This document shows, one piece after another, positions 30,211 to 40,256 of a DNA stretch of 64,000 bases; within the stretch, counting starts at the first letter, position 1, and every line of letters begins with the position of its first letter. Source of the stretch: Eubacteriales bacterium (GTDB lineage Bacteria; Bacillota; Clostridia; Oscillospirales; CAG-272). Below the pieces are notes generated by a model. The model was not told where the DNA came from. It searched no databases and worked only from the letters and a program-made list of their open reading frames with translations. The translations under genes and the position numbers were made by a program. The DNA is taken from contig JAZQDD010000039.1 in the NCBI GenBank assembly GCA_045546615.1, positions 11,359-75,358 of the forward strand, in the 5' to 3' direction.

Positions 30211-31005
30211 TTATATTTGCAATTCCGCACCTGCGGAAATATAATTTATTCTTTCTTGCATAATTTCGCGCAAGAACTCGTATTGGCACACTCCGGTGCA
30301 ATGGCAAGTATAGTAAGTGCAGGGAAGTGCCAAAAGCCTATGTGCATAGTTTTCGAGCGTTTTTGCCCCATTCGGTGTATCAGCGTCAATTTTTGTGAAA
30401 TGAAAGCCGCCAACAAAAATGTCGGGTGTAAACCAATCAAGAATATTGAAAAGTCCTCTGTGCGAGCAACCGCTGAAAAGGATCTTTCTGCCGTTTTCCT
30501 CGACCAAAAGATATTGCTCGTGCAAAAAATCTTCGTCTTGCAACGCGCCGTTTCTTTTTATTTTAAGTCCAAACGGATCAATGTTTTCTAAAGGCGCGCG
30601 AGTACTGCCTTGAAGCAAGAACATTCCGCTTCCGAGTGAAATATCCGAGTCGGTAAAAATGATCCTTTTCTCATCCGAAAGAGAAGTGTCAAGACCGATA
30701 TATTTATCACTTGCGTTATAATGCTCGCCCAAAGCCAAAGAACTCATATAAACGGGCGCCGTTTTATTGGCGAGTAAAAACTGCGAAATTCCACCGCCGT
30801 GGTCGTAATGTCCGTGAGAAAGCACGGCTGTGTCGACGGACGCAAGGTCGACTAAAAGCGCCTCGGCGTTGGAGGCAAACAAGTCACTTTGCCCCATATC
30901 GAAAAGGATTTTCCGCCCCGCGTCGGTTTCTATATACAAGCTAAGCCCATGCTCACAAAGAAATCCATCCTTTGCGGTATTTTCCGCAAGAACCTTTATC
31001 CTCAT
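30211..31005 (-). CDS. MBL-fold metallo-hydrolase
   Basis: HGHYDHGGG (HxHxDH) motif. The start MRIKVLAEN at 31005 is preferred over the longer track ORF. Confidence 0.75.
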   Translation of the reverse strand: MRIKVLAENTAKDGFLCEHGLSLYIETDAGRKILFDMGQSDLFASNAEALLVDLASVDTAVLSHGHYDHGGGISQFLLANKTAPVYMSSLALGEHYNASDKYIGLDTSLSDEKRIIFTDSDISLGSGMFLLQGSTRAPLENIDPFGLKIKRNGALQDEDFLHEQYLLVEENGRKILFSGCSHRGLFNILDWFTPDIFVGGFHFTKIDADTPNGAKTLENYAHRLLALPCTYYTCHCTGVCQYEFLREIMQERINYISAGAELQI

Positions 31006-31079
31006 CCGATCACCGTCCCTTATGTAAGCTTTACTAAAATATGATATCACAAATAAATACAAAAGTCAAATCTTAATGC

Positions 31080-31108
31080 TTGATATATTAAAAAAATTAT
31101 GATATAAT
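31080..31108 (+). promoter_or_regulatory. sigma-A promoter
   Basis: TTGATA, 17-nt spacer, TATAAT. Confidence 0.45.
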
Positions 31109-31226
31109 TTTAAAAAGCGAGGATGAGAAATCCTTGTTCAGCGATGATATCGCGCAATGATGGTTTTATTATGCCCGTCAGCTTTTTGCTTGAAGTTCTG
31201 AATGATCAAATATAAGGAGAGAGAAT

Positions 31227-32339
31227 ATGTCAGAAAAGATTTTTCCAGAGGTAAAAAAGAATTTTGGATTTGGTTGCATGAGGCTTCCGATGAAAAACGG
31301 CGATGTGGATCACGAGCAAACGTCGAAAATGGTCGATGCCTTTATTGAAGCAGGATTTAATTATTTTGATACCGCGCATGGATATATCGACGGAAAAAGC
31401 GAGATTGCCGTCCGTGAATGTCTGACATCGCGTTATCCGAGAGAGGCTTACGTCCTTGCAAACAAGCTCTCTCCGAATTTCTTTAATTCCGAGGAGGAGA
31501 TAATTCCGCTTTTTGAGGAGCAGCTCAAAATATGCGGTGTTGAGTATTTCGATTTTTATCTTATGCACACGCAAAACAGGGATCTGTTTGCAAAATACAA
31601 AAGATGCCGCGCGTACGAAACTGCTATTCAACTTCGTAAAGAGGGGAGAATAAAGCATCTCGCCATCTCATTCCACGACACAGCTGACATTCTTGATGAT
31701 ATACTCAGCACATACCCCGAGGTAGAAGCGGTACAAATACAGTTCAATTATTACGATTACGAGCACGATAAGGTTCAGGCAAGGCTTTGCTATGAAGTTT
31801 GCCGCAAGCATGGTAAGCCCATCATCGTTATGGAGCCTGTTCGCGGAGGTGCGCTTGCTGATCTTCCCGAGGAAGCCGCGAACGTTCTCGCCAAGCTTAA
31901 CGGCGGCTCTGCCGCAAGCTATGCCATCCGCTACGCCGCCGGATTTGACGGTATTTTCATGGTGCTTTCAGGCATGGGAAACATGGAAATGATGAATGAT
32001 AACATAAGCTATATGAAAGACTTTCAGCCGCTTTCAGGCGAAGAGCTTGAAGCTGTGTCAAAGGTTACCCATATTCTTAAAAACCAAGAATTGATACCTT
32101 GTACGGCTTGCAGATATTGCACCGAAGTATGCCCGCAAAACATTGCGACACCTGAAATTTTCGGTTTTATTAATGACAAGAGAAAGCTGAAAAGCAGAAG
32201 CTACTCAAGAATGATCGAAAAATCGGGAGCAAGACCTGCCTCGGAATGTATAGATTGTGCCGCTTGCGAAGCAAACTGCCCCCAGCACATTGAGATAAGA
32301 AAATTACTTAACTACGCCGCAAAGAAGTTTGAAAAATAA
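31227..32339 (+). CDS. aldo/keto reductase fused to a C-terminal 2x[4Fe-4S] ferredoxin-like domain
   Basis: AKR N-terminus (FGCMRLP ... FDTAHGY) plus CTACRYCTEVCP and CIDCAACEANCP. Confidence 0.75.
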   Translation: MSEKIFPEVKKNFGFGCMRLPMKNGDVDHEQTSKMVDAFIEAGFNYFDTAHGYIDGKSEIAVRECLTSRYPREAYVLANKLSPNFFNSEEEIIPLFEEQLKICGVEYFDFYLMHTQNRDLFAKYKRCRAYETAIQLRKEGRIKHLAISFHDTADILDDILSTYPEVEAVQIQFNYYDYEHDKVQARLCYEVCRKHGKPIIVMEPVRGGALADLPEEAANVLAKLNGGSAASYAIRYAAGFDGIFMVLSGMGNMEMMNDNISYMKDFQPLSGEELEAVSKVTHILKNQELIPCTACRYCTEVCPQNIATPEIFGFINDKRKLKSRSYSRMIEKSGARPASECIDCAACEANCPQHIEIRKLLNYAAKKFEK

Positions 32340-32343
32340 CGCT

Positions 32344-32814
32344 ATGTTCCGAGAATTAACGAGAAAAAAGCAGGCGTTGAGCCACGAAAAATGCATAGAA
32401 ATTTTACAAAGCGAGCCGCGCGGAGTTTTGTCAGTGCTGGGCGACGACGGGTATCCCTACGGAATGCCCATGAACTTTTTGTACGATAACGGAAAGCTCT
32501 ATTTTCACAGCGGCAAAAAGGGGCATAAGGTCGATTCGATAAGCCGCGACGAGAGGGTGAGCTTTTGCGTTTATGACGGTGGCTATCGCAAGGACGGCGA
32601 ATGGGCGCTAAATATAAGCAGCGTTATCGTTTTTGGCAAAATGAGTATTGTTGAAGATTTTGACAAAACGGTCGAGATTTGCCGAAAATTGAGCCTAAAA
32701 TATACGGACGATCTTGATTATATCGAAAAAGAGATCGCCGGCTTTGCTAAGGCAACGCTCTGCTATGAGCTGACACCCGAGCATATAACGGGCAAGCTTG
32801 TAAACGAATCATAG
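32344..32814 (+). CDS. pyridoxamine 5'-phosphate oxidase-family (FMN-binding split-barrel) protein
   Basis: About 156 aa with GYPYGMPMNF...GKLYFHSG, as in Nim/PNPOx-like proteins. The start is ATG 32344 or TTG 32329. Confidence 0.55.
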   Translation: MFRELTRKKQALSHEKCIEILQSEPRGVLSVLGDDGYPYGMPMNFLYDNGKLYFHSGKKGHKVDSISRDERVSFCVYDGGYRKDGEWALNISSVIVFGKMSIVEDFDKTVEICRKLSLKYTDDLDYIEKEIAGFAKATLCYELTPEHITGKLVNES

Positions 32815-32884
32815 AATGACCCCGCACGGAGAAAAGGGGAAGAGTTGTCCCCTCGTCGACGATGGAACGGATACAAAAATAAAG

Positions 32885-32929
32885 ACACACCGCTATGCGA
32901 TTTGAAGGAATCGCGTAGCGGTGTTTTTT
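32885..32929 (+). terminator. rho-independent terminator
   Basis: Long stem acaccgctatgcgatt/aatcgcgtagcggtgt followed by TTTTT. Confidence 0.7.
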
Positions 32930-33007
32930 GCGATTCCGTCCGTTTTCGAGCCGTACATACTGGAATGTTGATTTTTGCATTTTTGTCTCAAATTGTGTTA
33001 AATAATG

Positions 33008-33036
33008 TTGCAAATGCACTGCTTTTGTGATACAAT
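33008..33036 (+). promoter_or_regulatory. promoter with extended -10 ahead of the pilus locus
   Basis: TTGCAA, 17-nt spacer, TGaTACAAT. Confidence 0.45.
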
Positions 33037-33149
33037 GTATCAGTATAATTGGGCGCATTGGGCAAGGTTAAAGGTTATCGTTTTATAATCGACCTTTAAC
33101 GTTATTTATTGATAAAAAAGAAAGGCATTGTTGAGGCGGTAGGCGAACT

Positions 33150-33575
33150 ATGATCAACAAAGAACTAAAAAAATTAAACAGACGCGAGCTTGTCGACGTT
33201 ATCTATCAGTTAAAAAAGAACGAGGAGCAACTGCAGGAGAAAATTGCCGCTTTAGAATCAGAGCTGCAAGATCGCCGCATTCATCTTTCCACTGCGGGCT
33301 CTGTTGCCGAAGCGGCAGCTGATATCACAGGCATCTTTTCTGTTGCTCAGTCTACCGCAGATATGTACTTGCGCGAAATTGCTTCTATGAAAGAGGATGC
33401 AAAAAGAGAATGCGAGAACATGATTGAAGAAGCCAATAAAAAGGTTGAGGCGATTATGGCAGACGGCAAAAGGCAATATGACGCTTTGTCGGCGCGTTAT
33501 CGAACCGTTTATAAAAAGCGGCAACAGCTCCATGCTGAAATTGAAAAATTGGAAAAACAGAAAAACGGCAAATAA
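33150..33575 (+). CDS. coiled-coil protein of unknown function
   Basis: 141 aa, rich in Glu/Lys/Gln heptad-like sequence. First gene of the pilus-locus transcription unit. Confidence 0.55.
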   Translation: MINKELKKLNRRELVDVIYQLKKNEEQLQEKIAALESELQDRRIHLSTAGSVAEAAADITGIFSVAQSTADMYLREIASMKEDAKRECENMIEEANKKVEAIMADGKRQYDALSARYRTVYKKRQQLHAEIEKLEKQKNGK

Positions 33576-33586
33576 GCGAGGGGAAA

Positions 33587-34180
33587 ATGATGTTCAAGAA
33601 CTCTCAAAAAAATGTATCGGTTCCCTCGCTGAATGAAATTCAGGGCGAGCGTAAACGGATACGAAGGAAAGATTATTACAAACAAGCCCTTCGCGGTACG
33701 ATTTCCGTTTTGGTAGTAGTTGCGGCTGTTGCCGTTTTGATTGCAACGCTGTTTCTGCCAATTCTTCAAATATCCGGTGATAGTATGTCGCCGACGTTGG
33801 AACATGACGAAATCGTAGTTCTCTTAAAAACTAAAAAGTTCGAGCGCGGAGATTTGATCGGTTTCTATTATCAAGGCAAGATTTTGCTAAAGCGCGTTAT
33901 CGCTTTACCGGAGGAAGAGGTTGCCATAGATGCGGACGGCAACGTATATGTGAACGGAGAATTGCTTGACGAACCATACGTCACGGAGAAAGGTCTCGGA
34001 GATTGCGATTTGGAATTTCCTTATAAAGTACCAGGGACAAGTTATTTTGTAATGGGAGACCGCCGTTCTAATTCTGTTGACAGCCGCAATTCTGCGGTGG
34101 GCTCCATACCACAAGAGGATATTATCGGAAAAGTGTTTGTAAGAGTTTGGCCGTTTTCGCGGTTGGGATTCGTTTATTAA
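33587..34180 (+). CDS. signal peptidase I (S26), pilus-locus associated
   Basis: SGDSMSPTL (Ser), LLKRVIALPEE (Lys) and GDRRSNSVDSR boxes are all present. Confidence 0.85.
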   Translation: MMFKNSQKNVSVPSLNEIQGERKRIRRKDYYKQALRGTISVLVVVAAVAVLIATLFLPILQISGDSMSPTLEHDEIVVLLKTKKFERGDLIGFYYQGKILLKRVIALPEEEVAIDADGNVYVNGELLDEPYVTEKGLGDCDLEFPYKVPGTSYFVMGDRRSNSVDSRNSAVGSIPQEDIIGKVFVRVWPFSRLGFVY

Positions 34181-34218
34181 AGACTTGACTAACACTTAAA
34201 CGAAAGGAGGGGAGAGCT

Positions 34219-37200
34219 GTGCAGGATGTCTTGGGCGAAAGCCTAATAAAATCAAAAAAAATCAGAGTTCGGAAAACACGGATGATCGCTATTCTGTTAG
34301 TGCTCTCCCTTGTTGTTTCGTTAGATGTATTTTGGTGGCTGCGACAGCCCGGACTTACGCTCGCTGGGGATGCTGATTGTGAAATCGTAGAACACACCCA
34401 CGACGAAGAATGTCTGAACGGAGATACACCATGCAATCTCGTCGAACACGTTCATGATATTTCTTGTTACTCTGATGATAAAGCTGATGTAGAAACACAA
34501 CTTGATTGGCAAAGGTTGTTTGCAAATTATCCCTATACGGGAAATCTGCGAAGCGATTTGGTAGGAATAGCAAAAACACAGGTTGGCTACACGGAAAGTA
34601 AAGAAAACTTCCAAGTGGGAAGCGACGGTATCCGCCGCGGTTATAACCGCTACGGTGCTTGGTATGGCACACCGTATACAGATTGGTCTGCGCTGTTCGT
34701 TTCCTTCTGCTTGCATTATGCCGGAGCGGATTCGAGCGCAACACCCGGTAATACGGGGGCAAATTCCATGGCGGAAGCATGGAAAAAGCTCGGAAAGTAT
34801 GCCGCTGTAGGAGAGTATGCGCCCATATCGGGGGATTTGGTTTTCTTCAAGAATAACACCGTGGGTATCGTCACAGATATAAACGCTTTTACGTTCTGTG
34901 TAATTCGAGGCGACGTTGACGGAGTCGTAAAGAGTGGGGCCATTCTTTTAACCGACGCATCCATCGCAGGTTGGGGAGTTACGGTGGGCACCTCTAATGT
35001 CAACGAATCCCCAAACTATGAAAAAATATACGACATCACAAACGGCCCCGCGGTATTCATATTCGAGGGCATTGCGGCGCCAAAACCAACACCAACACAA
35101 ACGCGGCTGTATTCCATCAGAGCTTCAAGGAATATCACGAATATCGTAAAATATTTGACAGGCAATGGCGGTAATTACTTCTTTACACTTTATGACACGA
35201 ATAACCAAGAACTTCCAAAAGATGCAAACGGTCACTATATCGCCGTGGCAAACACGGGCTACAAGCTGACCGTAGGTTTTACAAGCCCGAACGGATTTGC
35301 ACCCGGAAGATATCAATATCAAATACCTAACGGACTGATGATCGACGGCGGCGAAGGTGAGTTCGTTCTGTCAGACGGCACAAACGTTGGTAGTTGGGTA
35401 GTAACGGATACAGGTCTTATCACCATCGATTTCAACGAGAATATTAACAGCCGAACGGACATCACGATAAGCGCTACTATGGGAATTCATTTTTCGGAAC
35501 AGGAAGAGCCTATTGATTTTGATGGTTTGATCACCGTTAAGGTCAATCCTCCAGTCGCTCAACAATATCCAACAGTTTTGACCAAATGGGGATCTCAGAA
35601 TAAAGAAACGGGCAAAATAAATTGGACCGTTAAAATTGAGGGATATGCTGACTCTCAAATCCCCGGAAATATACTCACCGACAAAGCCGGTTTAGGTCAA
35701 TGGAGCAAACCGCACAGTTACACTTCATCGGATATGGAAGGCGGTCTCACCTTTGGCGTTTCCGACCCTAAAGGTGATTGGCACACATGGCATGTTACCA
35801 CCGATGACCCGCACCTCATCTGGGACGAGAATGGGTGGTCGTATAAAATCCCCCAAACGGTTACTTGTAACTACTGCGGTGAGTTGGAATTGGGCAACGA
35901 CGGTTGGACTTATATGGTTAACTATACTTCCACCCCCCAAAAATTAGACACTCCGGGTACATTTGGCTACGAGAACGAGGCTACGATCGACGGTAAGACA
36001 ACATGGGGCTGGGTTGACTTCACTCACGTCGAAACGGATGCGGACATCGTCAAACACGGTTCGTTCCACGAAGATGCGGACGGCGGTTACTTCCTTTGGG
36101 AGATACAAGCATCCATACCCGGAATGAAGGATGGCGAAAAACCCGTATATCTATGGCAGATACAGGACTATATGCGCATCAAAAACCAAACAAACAATAT
36201 AGTCGGATATATTGATAACACTGCGCATCTTGCCGAGGTATGGGCAACGCGCGGCACGCAGACCGTGCTCGTTCCGCATGTTGACAACGCGACAGCGAAT
36301 GATGACTTTGCATGGTTCATCCAATGGAGTACAGATAATAACGGAATATACTACCACAGAGCGCTTACGCCGCTTTGCCGCTGTCGCTGTACAGAGGACA
36401 ACTGTGTGTACTGGAATTCGCAAGCACAACGCTGTGATAGCCAACATTGGATAGGGAGTCACCCCAGCGGATTTTGCATTTGCTGGACTGAAAAATCCGA
36501 CACACTTATGACGTTCGTATACAAAACCGACGATATGGCTGTGCTCAACTCGTTTGGCAACCTCGGATATAGCATTGAGAACGAGGTCTTGCTGCAAAAC
36601 CACATAACTTTCCCTGATAAAGATCCACAATCATCAACTCTTGCGGATTCGCAGGCAAAGGTGCCAATCCCCGGACTGTTCAAAAAGGAACTGACTCACG
36701 ATTTCAACGGCTACACTGCCAAGTACAAGATTACTGTCAATGAAGGCAAGCTGGCGCTGACCGACGGTTCGCCGCTGACCATACACGACGTAATGACTGA
36801 AACGCTTGTTTACATAGGAGGTTCTTTGGTGATCACATCCGAGGATGCGAACGGAAACGTAACCACCTTAAAACAGGACGAAGACTACACTATTACGTAC
36901 GACGGAACCGGCAGCAAAACGGATGCAAACGGCAAACCGGTGCACGTGTTGGATATTGTTATCCTACGACCGCAACCGGTTACATACATTCTCGACTATG
37001 ATGCAACGTTGGTGATCCCAAGCGGAGTAACCGAAGCAATAAAATACACCAACTCCGCCACTATTTCTCTGTGGGGACAGCAAATTTCCGATACTACTGT
37101 AGAAAAGGTTTATGCCGACATTAACATTGTGGCAAAAAGCTATAAAGTGGAAATATTCAAAAACTGCGCAGTTTCGGGTGCACCTCTTATGGGCGCAACC

Positions 37201-37632
37201 TTTGGACTTTATAATGAGCAAGGCGGTCTTATTGCCTCGGCTGTTACCGATGCCGACGGTAAGATCGTATTCCAAACTAACGTTACAGAAGGTATTATCC
37301 TCCGAGAACACGTGCCGTACTATATACAAGAGATAAGCGCTCCGGCGGGATATCGGTTGGATGATACAAAGTTTTGGTTCTGCTTCTGTAACCAAACCGA
37401 AGACACTTGCCAAGACTGCACGAGAATTTTAGCAGGGAAGGACGCTCGACGTATTCCCTTTGAACAGGTCGGAAAGGTTCACGCGGTGAACCACCCACTT
37501 AACTACGACCTGCCCGCAACCGGTGGCTCCGGTGTATACCCCTTGATACTTGTGAGTGTGATGTTCATTATTACACCGCTTGTATATAGATTCACTCTAA
37601 GGCGTAAGCGGGAAAGGAGGCTTGGCGGATAG
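34219..37632 (+). CDS. large LPXTG-anchored pilus tip adhesin candidate (CHAP-like domain + collagen-binding-like A domain + Cna-B/SpaA-fold domains)
   Basis: 1137 aa. The C-terminus has LPATGG, a hydrophobic helix and RRKRERR. GKINWTVKIEGY resembles Cna-A. YKVEIFK...GATFGLYNEQG...YYIQEISAPAGY is a SpaA-fold/E-box region. Confidence 0.8.
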   Translation: MQDVLGESLIKSKKIRVRKTRMIAILLVLSLVVSLDVFWWLRQPGLTLAGDADCEIVEHTHDEECLNGDTPCNLVEHVHDISCYSDDKADVETQLDWQRLFANYPYTGNLRSDLVGIAKTQVGYTESKENFQVGSDGIRRGYNRYGAWYGTPYTDWSALFVSFCLHYAGADSSATPGNTGANSMAEAWKKLGKYAAVGEYAPISGDLVFFKNNTVGIVTDINAFTFCVIRGDVDGVVKSGAILLTDASIAGWGVTVGTSNVNESPNYEKIYDITNGPAVFIFEGIAAPKPTPTQTRLYSIRASRNITNIVKYLTGNGGNYFFTLYDTNNQELPKDANGHYIAVANTGYKLTVGFTSPNGFAPGRYQYQIPNGLMIDGGEGEFVLSDGTNVGSWVVTDTGLITIDFNENINSRTDITISATMGIHFSEQEEPIDFDGLITVKVNPPVAQQYPTVLTKWGSQNKETGKINWTVKIEGYADSQIPGNILTDKAGLGQWSKPHSYTSSDMEGGLTFGVSDPKGDWHTWHVTTDDPHLIWDENGWSYKIPQTVTCNYCGELELGNDGWTYMVNYTSTPQKLDTPGTFGYENEATIDGKTTWGWVDFTHVETDADIVKHGSFHEDADGGYFLWEIQASIPGMKDGEKPVYLWQIQDYMRIKNQTNNIVGYIDNTAHLAEVWATRGTQTVLVPHVDNATANDDFAWFIQWSTDNNGIYYHRALTPLCRCRCTEDNCVYWNSQAQRCDSQHWIGSHPSGFCICWTEKSDTLMTFVYKTDDMAVLNSFGNLGYSIENEVLLQNHITFPDKDPQSSTLADSQAKVPIPGLFKKELTHDFNGYTAKYKITVNEGKLALTDGSPLTIHDVMTETLVYIGGSLVITSEDANGNVTTLKQDEDYTITYDGTGSKTDANGKPVHVLDIVILRPQPVTYILDYDATLVIPSGVTEAIKYTNSATISLWGQQISDTTVEKVYADINIVAKSYKVEIFKNCAVSGAPLMGATFGLYNEQGGLIASAVTDADGKIVFQTNVTEGIILREHVPYYIQEISAPAGYRLDDTKFWFCFCNQTEDTCQDCTRILAGKDARRIPFEQVGKVHAVNHPLNYDLPATGGSGVYPLILVSVMFIITPLVYRFTLRRKRERRLGG

Positions 37633-37711
37633 TTTCCCTTTTTACGGCGATAATGCGCCGAAGATGAGTCTAAACAAAAAACAAATTTATTTCGAAAAGG
37701 ACACAGAAATC

Positions 37712-39289
37712 ATGAAAAAGTTTTTAACCGTCATCATGGCAGTTGCAATGATCTTTGCCATGACCATCCCCGCATTCGCAACTACCATTACCATCAATGG
37801 CGAAACAAACAGAGTTTACAACGGCTATAAGCTGTTGAATCTGACTACCAGCTTGAAGGACAGTGCTTGCCATACCGGTGATGAAGTGCACAATGATAAC
37901 TGCTACAACTACGCTTACACCGTAAACGACAAATACCGTACTGTTTTGCAGAACGAAGTTTTTGACAACATCACCGAGAATAAACCCGCAAATGCTATCG
38001 ACATAACCGACGATGCAATCTTGGGATATCTCGGCGCTAAAAGCAGCGACTCAAACGGCACTTATGGCACTCTGCGTGACGTAGCCGATCGACTCTACCG
38101 TAATATTAAGGCTGCAAATATCGAGGCAGATGCTAAGGAAATCAATGGCGACGCTAATACTATTGATCAGGGCTATTGGATGTTTGCTGACGTAACCGAG
38201 CTTGAGGGCAACGAAGCAAATTCCTTGGTTATGGTAGACACTGCAGGTCAGGAGTCTATTACCATTAATCCCAAAGTAGCGCTTCCTACCGTTGAGAAGA
38301 AGGTCAAGGACATCGCTAATAGTACGGATGACAGCATTGCGGATAACGCTTGGCAGGACTCTGCTGACCATGATATCAATGACGTGGTTCCCTTTAAACT
38401 TACCGCAACTCTCCCCGCCAACGTTGCTAACTATCAGACTTACAAAATAGCCTTCCACGATATTATGTCTGCAGGACTTACATTTAACCCCGATTCTGTT
38501 ACGGTTTATATGTATGCCAACAAGGCGGATGCTGATGCTGCGCTGACGGCTACCGGTACGGATGTCACTGCCAACTTTACTCTCGCTACAGAGAACCTCG
38601 CTAATGGCGAAACCTTCATCGCAACTTGTGACAATGTTTTGGCTATCACCGGTGTTACCAAGGATAGCGCATTTGTTGTATACTATGAAGCAACCTTGAA
38701 CGCGGATGCCCAAATTGGCGCTGACGGTAACCCCAACGAAGTATATCTTGAATTCTCCAACAATCCCTACAGCGATGGAACAGGTAAAACCGAAAATGAT
38801 AAAGTAATCGTGTTTACTTACCAGTTAACAATCAATAAGGTAGACCCCGCCGGAGATGCACTCAAAGGTGCCGGATTTACTCTGTATAAGAAAAATGCCG
38901 CCGGTGAATACATTGCGGTTGGAGATGAAGTCAAGGGCACAGATATGACCACCTTTATTTGGAAAGGTCTTGACGACGGTGACTACAAGCTGGTAGAGTC
39001 CACCGTTCCTGAAGGTTATAACAAGATGGTTGATAAGGAGTTCTCTATTACTGCAGAACACGAGGTAGTGGCAGATGATCCTGCCCTGACAAGCTTGAGC
39101 GGCAATCTGGGAACGGGCGATGTTAACACCGGTGTTATCGAGGAGAATATCATCAACAACACGGGTACAATCCTTCCCGAGACCGGTGCTATGGGCACGT
39201 TCCTCTTCATCTGCGGCGGCGCAACGCTCGTTTTGGTTGCGGCTGTATTCATGATCACCCGCAAGAAGATGTCTGTATTCGAGGACTAA
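37712..39289 (+). CDS. backbone (major) pilin, SpaA-like isopeptide-forming, LPETG-anchored
   Basis: Signal peptide MKKFLTVIMAVAMIFAMTIPAFA, INPK pilin-motif-like lysine, E-box YKLVESTVPEGY, then LPETG, a TM helix and RKK. Confidence 0.8.
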   Translation: MKKFLTVIMAVAMIFAMTIPAFATTITINGETNRVYNGYKLLNLTTSLKDSACHTGDEVHNDNCYNYAYTVNDKYRTVLQNEVFDNITENKPANAIDITDDAILGYLGAKSSDSNGTYGTLRDVADRLYRNIKAANIEADAKEINGDANTIDQGYWMFADVTELEGNEANSLVMVDTAGQESITINPKVALPTVEKKVKDIANSTDDSIADNAWQDSADHDINDVVPFKLTATLPANVANYQTYKIAFHDIMSAGLTFNPDSVTVYMYANKADADAALTATGTDVTANFTLATENLANGETFIATCDNVLAITGVTKDSAFVVYYEATLNADAQIGADGNPNEVYLEFSNNPYSDGTGKTENDKVIVFTYQLTINKVDPAGDALKGAGFTLYKKNAAGEYIAVGDEVKGTDMTTFIWKGLDDGDYKLVESTVPEGYNKMVDKEFSITAEHEVVADDPALTSLSGNLGTGDVNTGVIEENIINNTGTILPETGAMGTFLFICGGATLVLVAAVFMITRKKMSVFED

Positions 39290-39328
39290 TATCCCGATAC
39301 ATAGCTTTAAGACTTATTAGCTTAGAAA

Positions 39329-39370
39329 GCGGCGGCGGACACTTTGAACCGCCGTCCGCCGCCGCCTTTC
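39329..39370 (+). terminator. GC-rich intra-operon hairpin (partial terminator/attenuator) between the major pilin and sortase genes
   Basis: Perfect 12-bp stem gcggcggcggac/gtccgccgccgc, followed by a weak T tail (ctttc). Confidence 0.5.
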
Positions 39371-39386
39371 GCAAAGCAGTGGAGAG

Positions 39387-40256
39387 ATGCTTATGAAGAA
39401 CAATAAAATAGGAATCATATTGGTTCTGATGCTTTTCGTAGGCGTCTGTGGACTGCTTTATCCGTCCGTGAGCCAATATTGGAACAGTAAAACACAAACT
39501 CGAGCAGTAGAAAATTATCGTGAAATTCTCGATTCGCTAAAGCCCGAGGATTACGACGCCTACTTTCAGGAAGCCGAAAGGTATAATACGGAGCTGAGTG
39601 ATCTTACTGCTCCTTTGGCTGATTACCGTAAGGTAAAAGGCTACAACAGTATTTTGAATATTAGCGGAAACGGCATTATGGGTTACGTTTCTATCCCCAA
39701 ATTGGGTGTTGAATTGCCTATATATCACGGAATATCCGCAGAGGTATTAAACATTGCCTGCGGTCATTTGGAAGGTACGTCATTCCCAATCGGCGGCGAA
39801 AGCACTCATTGTGTTATATCCGCGCACCGCGGACTTCCTCACGCCAAACTCTTTACCGAGCTTGACAAGATGGAGAAGGGAGACACGTTTACTATCACCG
39901 TGCTGAACAGAACCGTTACGTATCAAGTAGATCAGATCAAAGTAGTTCGGCCAAACGAGACTGATGACGTTCAGATCGTAGCCGGTGAGGATCTATGCAC
40001 CCTCTTGACCTGCACCCCCTACGGTGTTAATTCCCATAGATTGCTTGTCAGAGGAATGCGAATTGAGAACGCGGCTCCCGTGTTGCACGTCACCTCCAAT
40101 GCGTATCGCATTGATTCTTTGGTGGCAACGCCCGTGGTTGCGGCTCCGATCTTGCTGATTTTGTTGATCGTGCTGATGATAAAATATAGGGATAAGGGCA
40201 GTAAACCGCTTATCTCAAAGGAGGAAGAAGAATGGCTAAAAGAAGAATGGGGATAA
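39387..40256 (+). CDS. class C (pilin-polymerising) sortase
   Basis: TLLTCTPYGVNSHRLLVRG catalytic Cys motif, HRG His region, and N- and C-terminal TM helices. Confidence 0.85.
   Translation: MLMKNNKIGIILVLMLFVGVCGLLYPSVSQYWNSKTQTRAVENYREILDSLKPEDYDAYFQEAERYNTELSDLTAPLADYRKVKGYNSILNISGNGIMGYVSIPKLGVELPIYHGISAEVLNIACGHLEGTSFPIGGESTHCVISAHRGLPHAKLFTELDKMEKGDTFTITVLNRTVTYQVDQIKVVRPNETDDVQIVAGEDLCTLLTCTPYGVNSHRLLVRGMRIENAAPVLHVTSNAYRIDSLVATPVVAAPILLILLIVLMIKYRDKGSKPLISKEEEEWLKEEWG

Noticed and set aside
31109-31226. Possible RNA element in the 118-nt leader of the aldo/keto reductase gene (small hairpins aggat/atcct and gcgat/atcgc).
   Set aside because: The stems are short, and I could match no known riboswitch consensus. 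The evidence is insufficient.
37622-37711. N-terminal extension of the major pilin ORF (MADSFPFYGDN...).
   Set aside because: The extension overlaps the tip-adhesin stop and has no RBS. The ATG at 37712 begins a canonical signal peptide.
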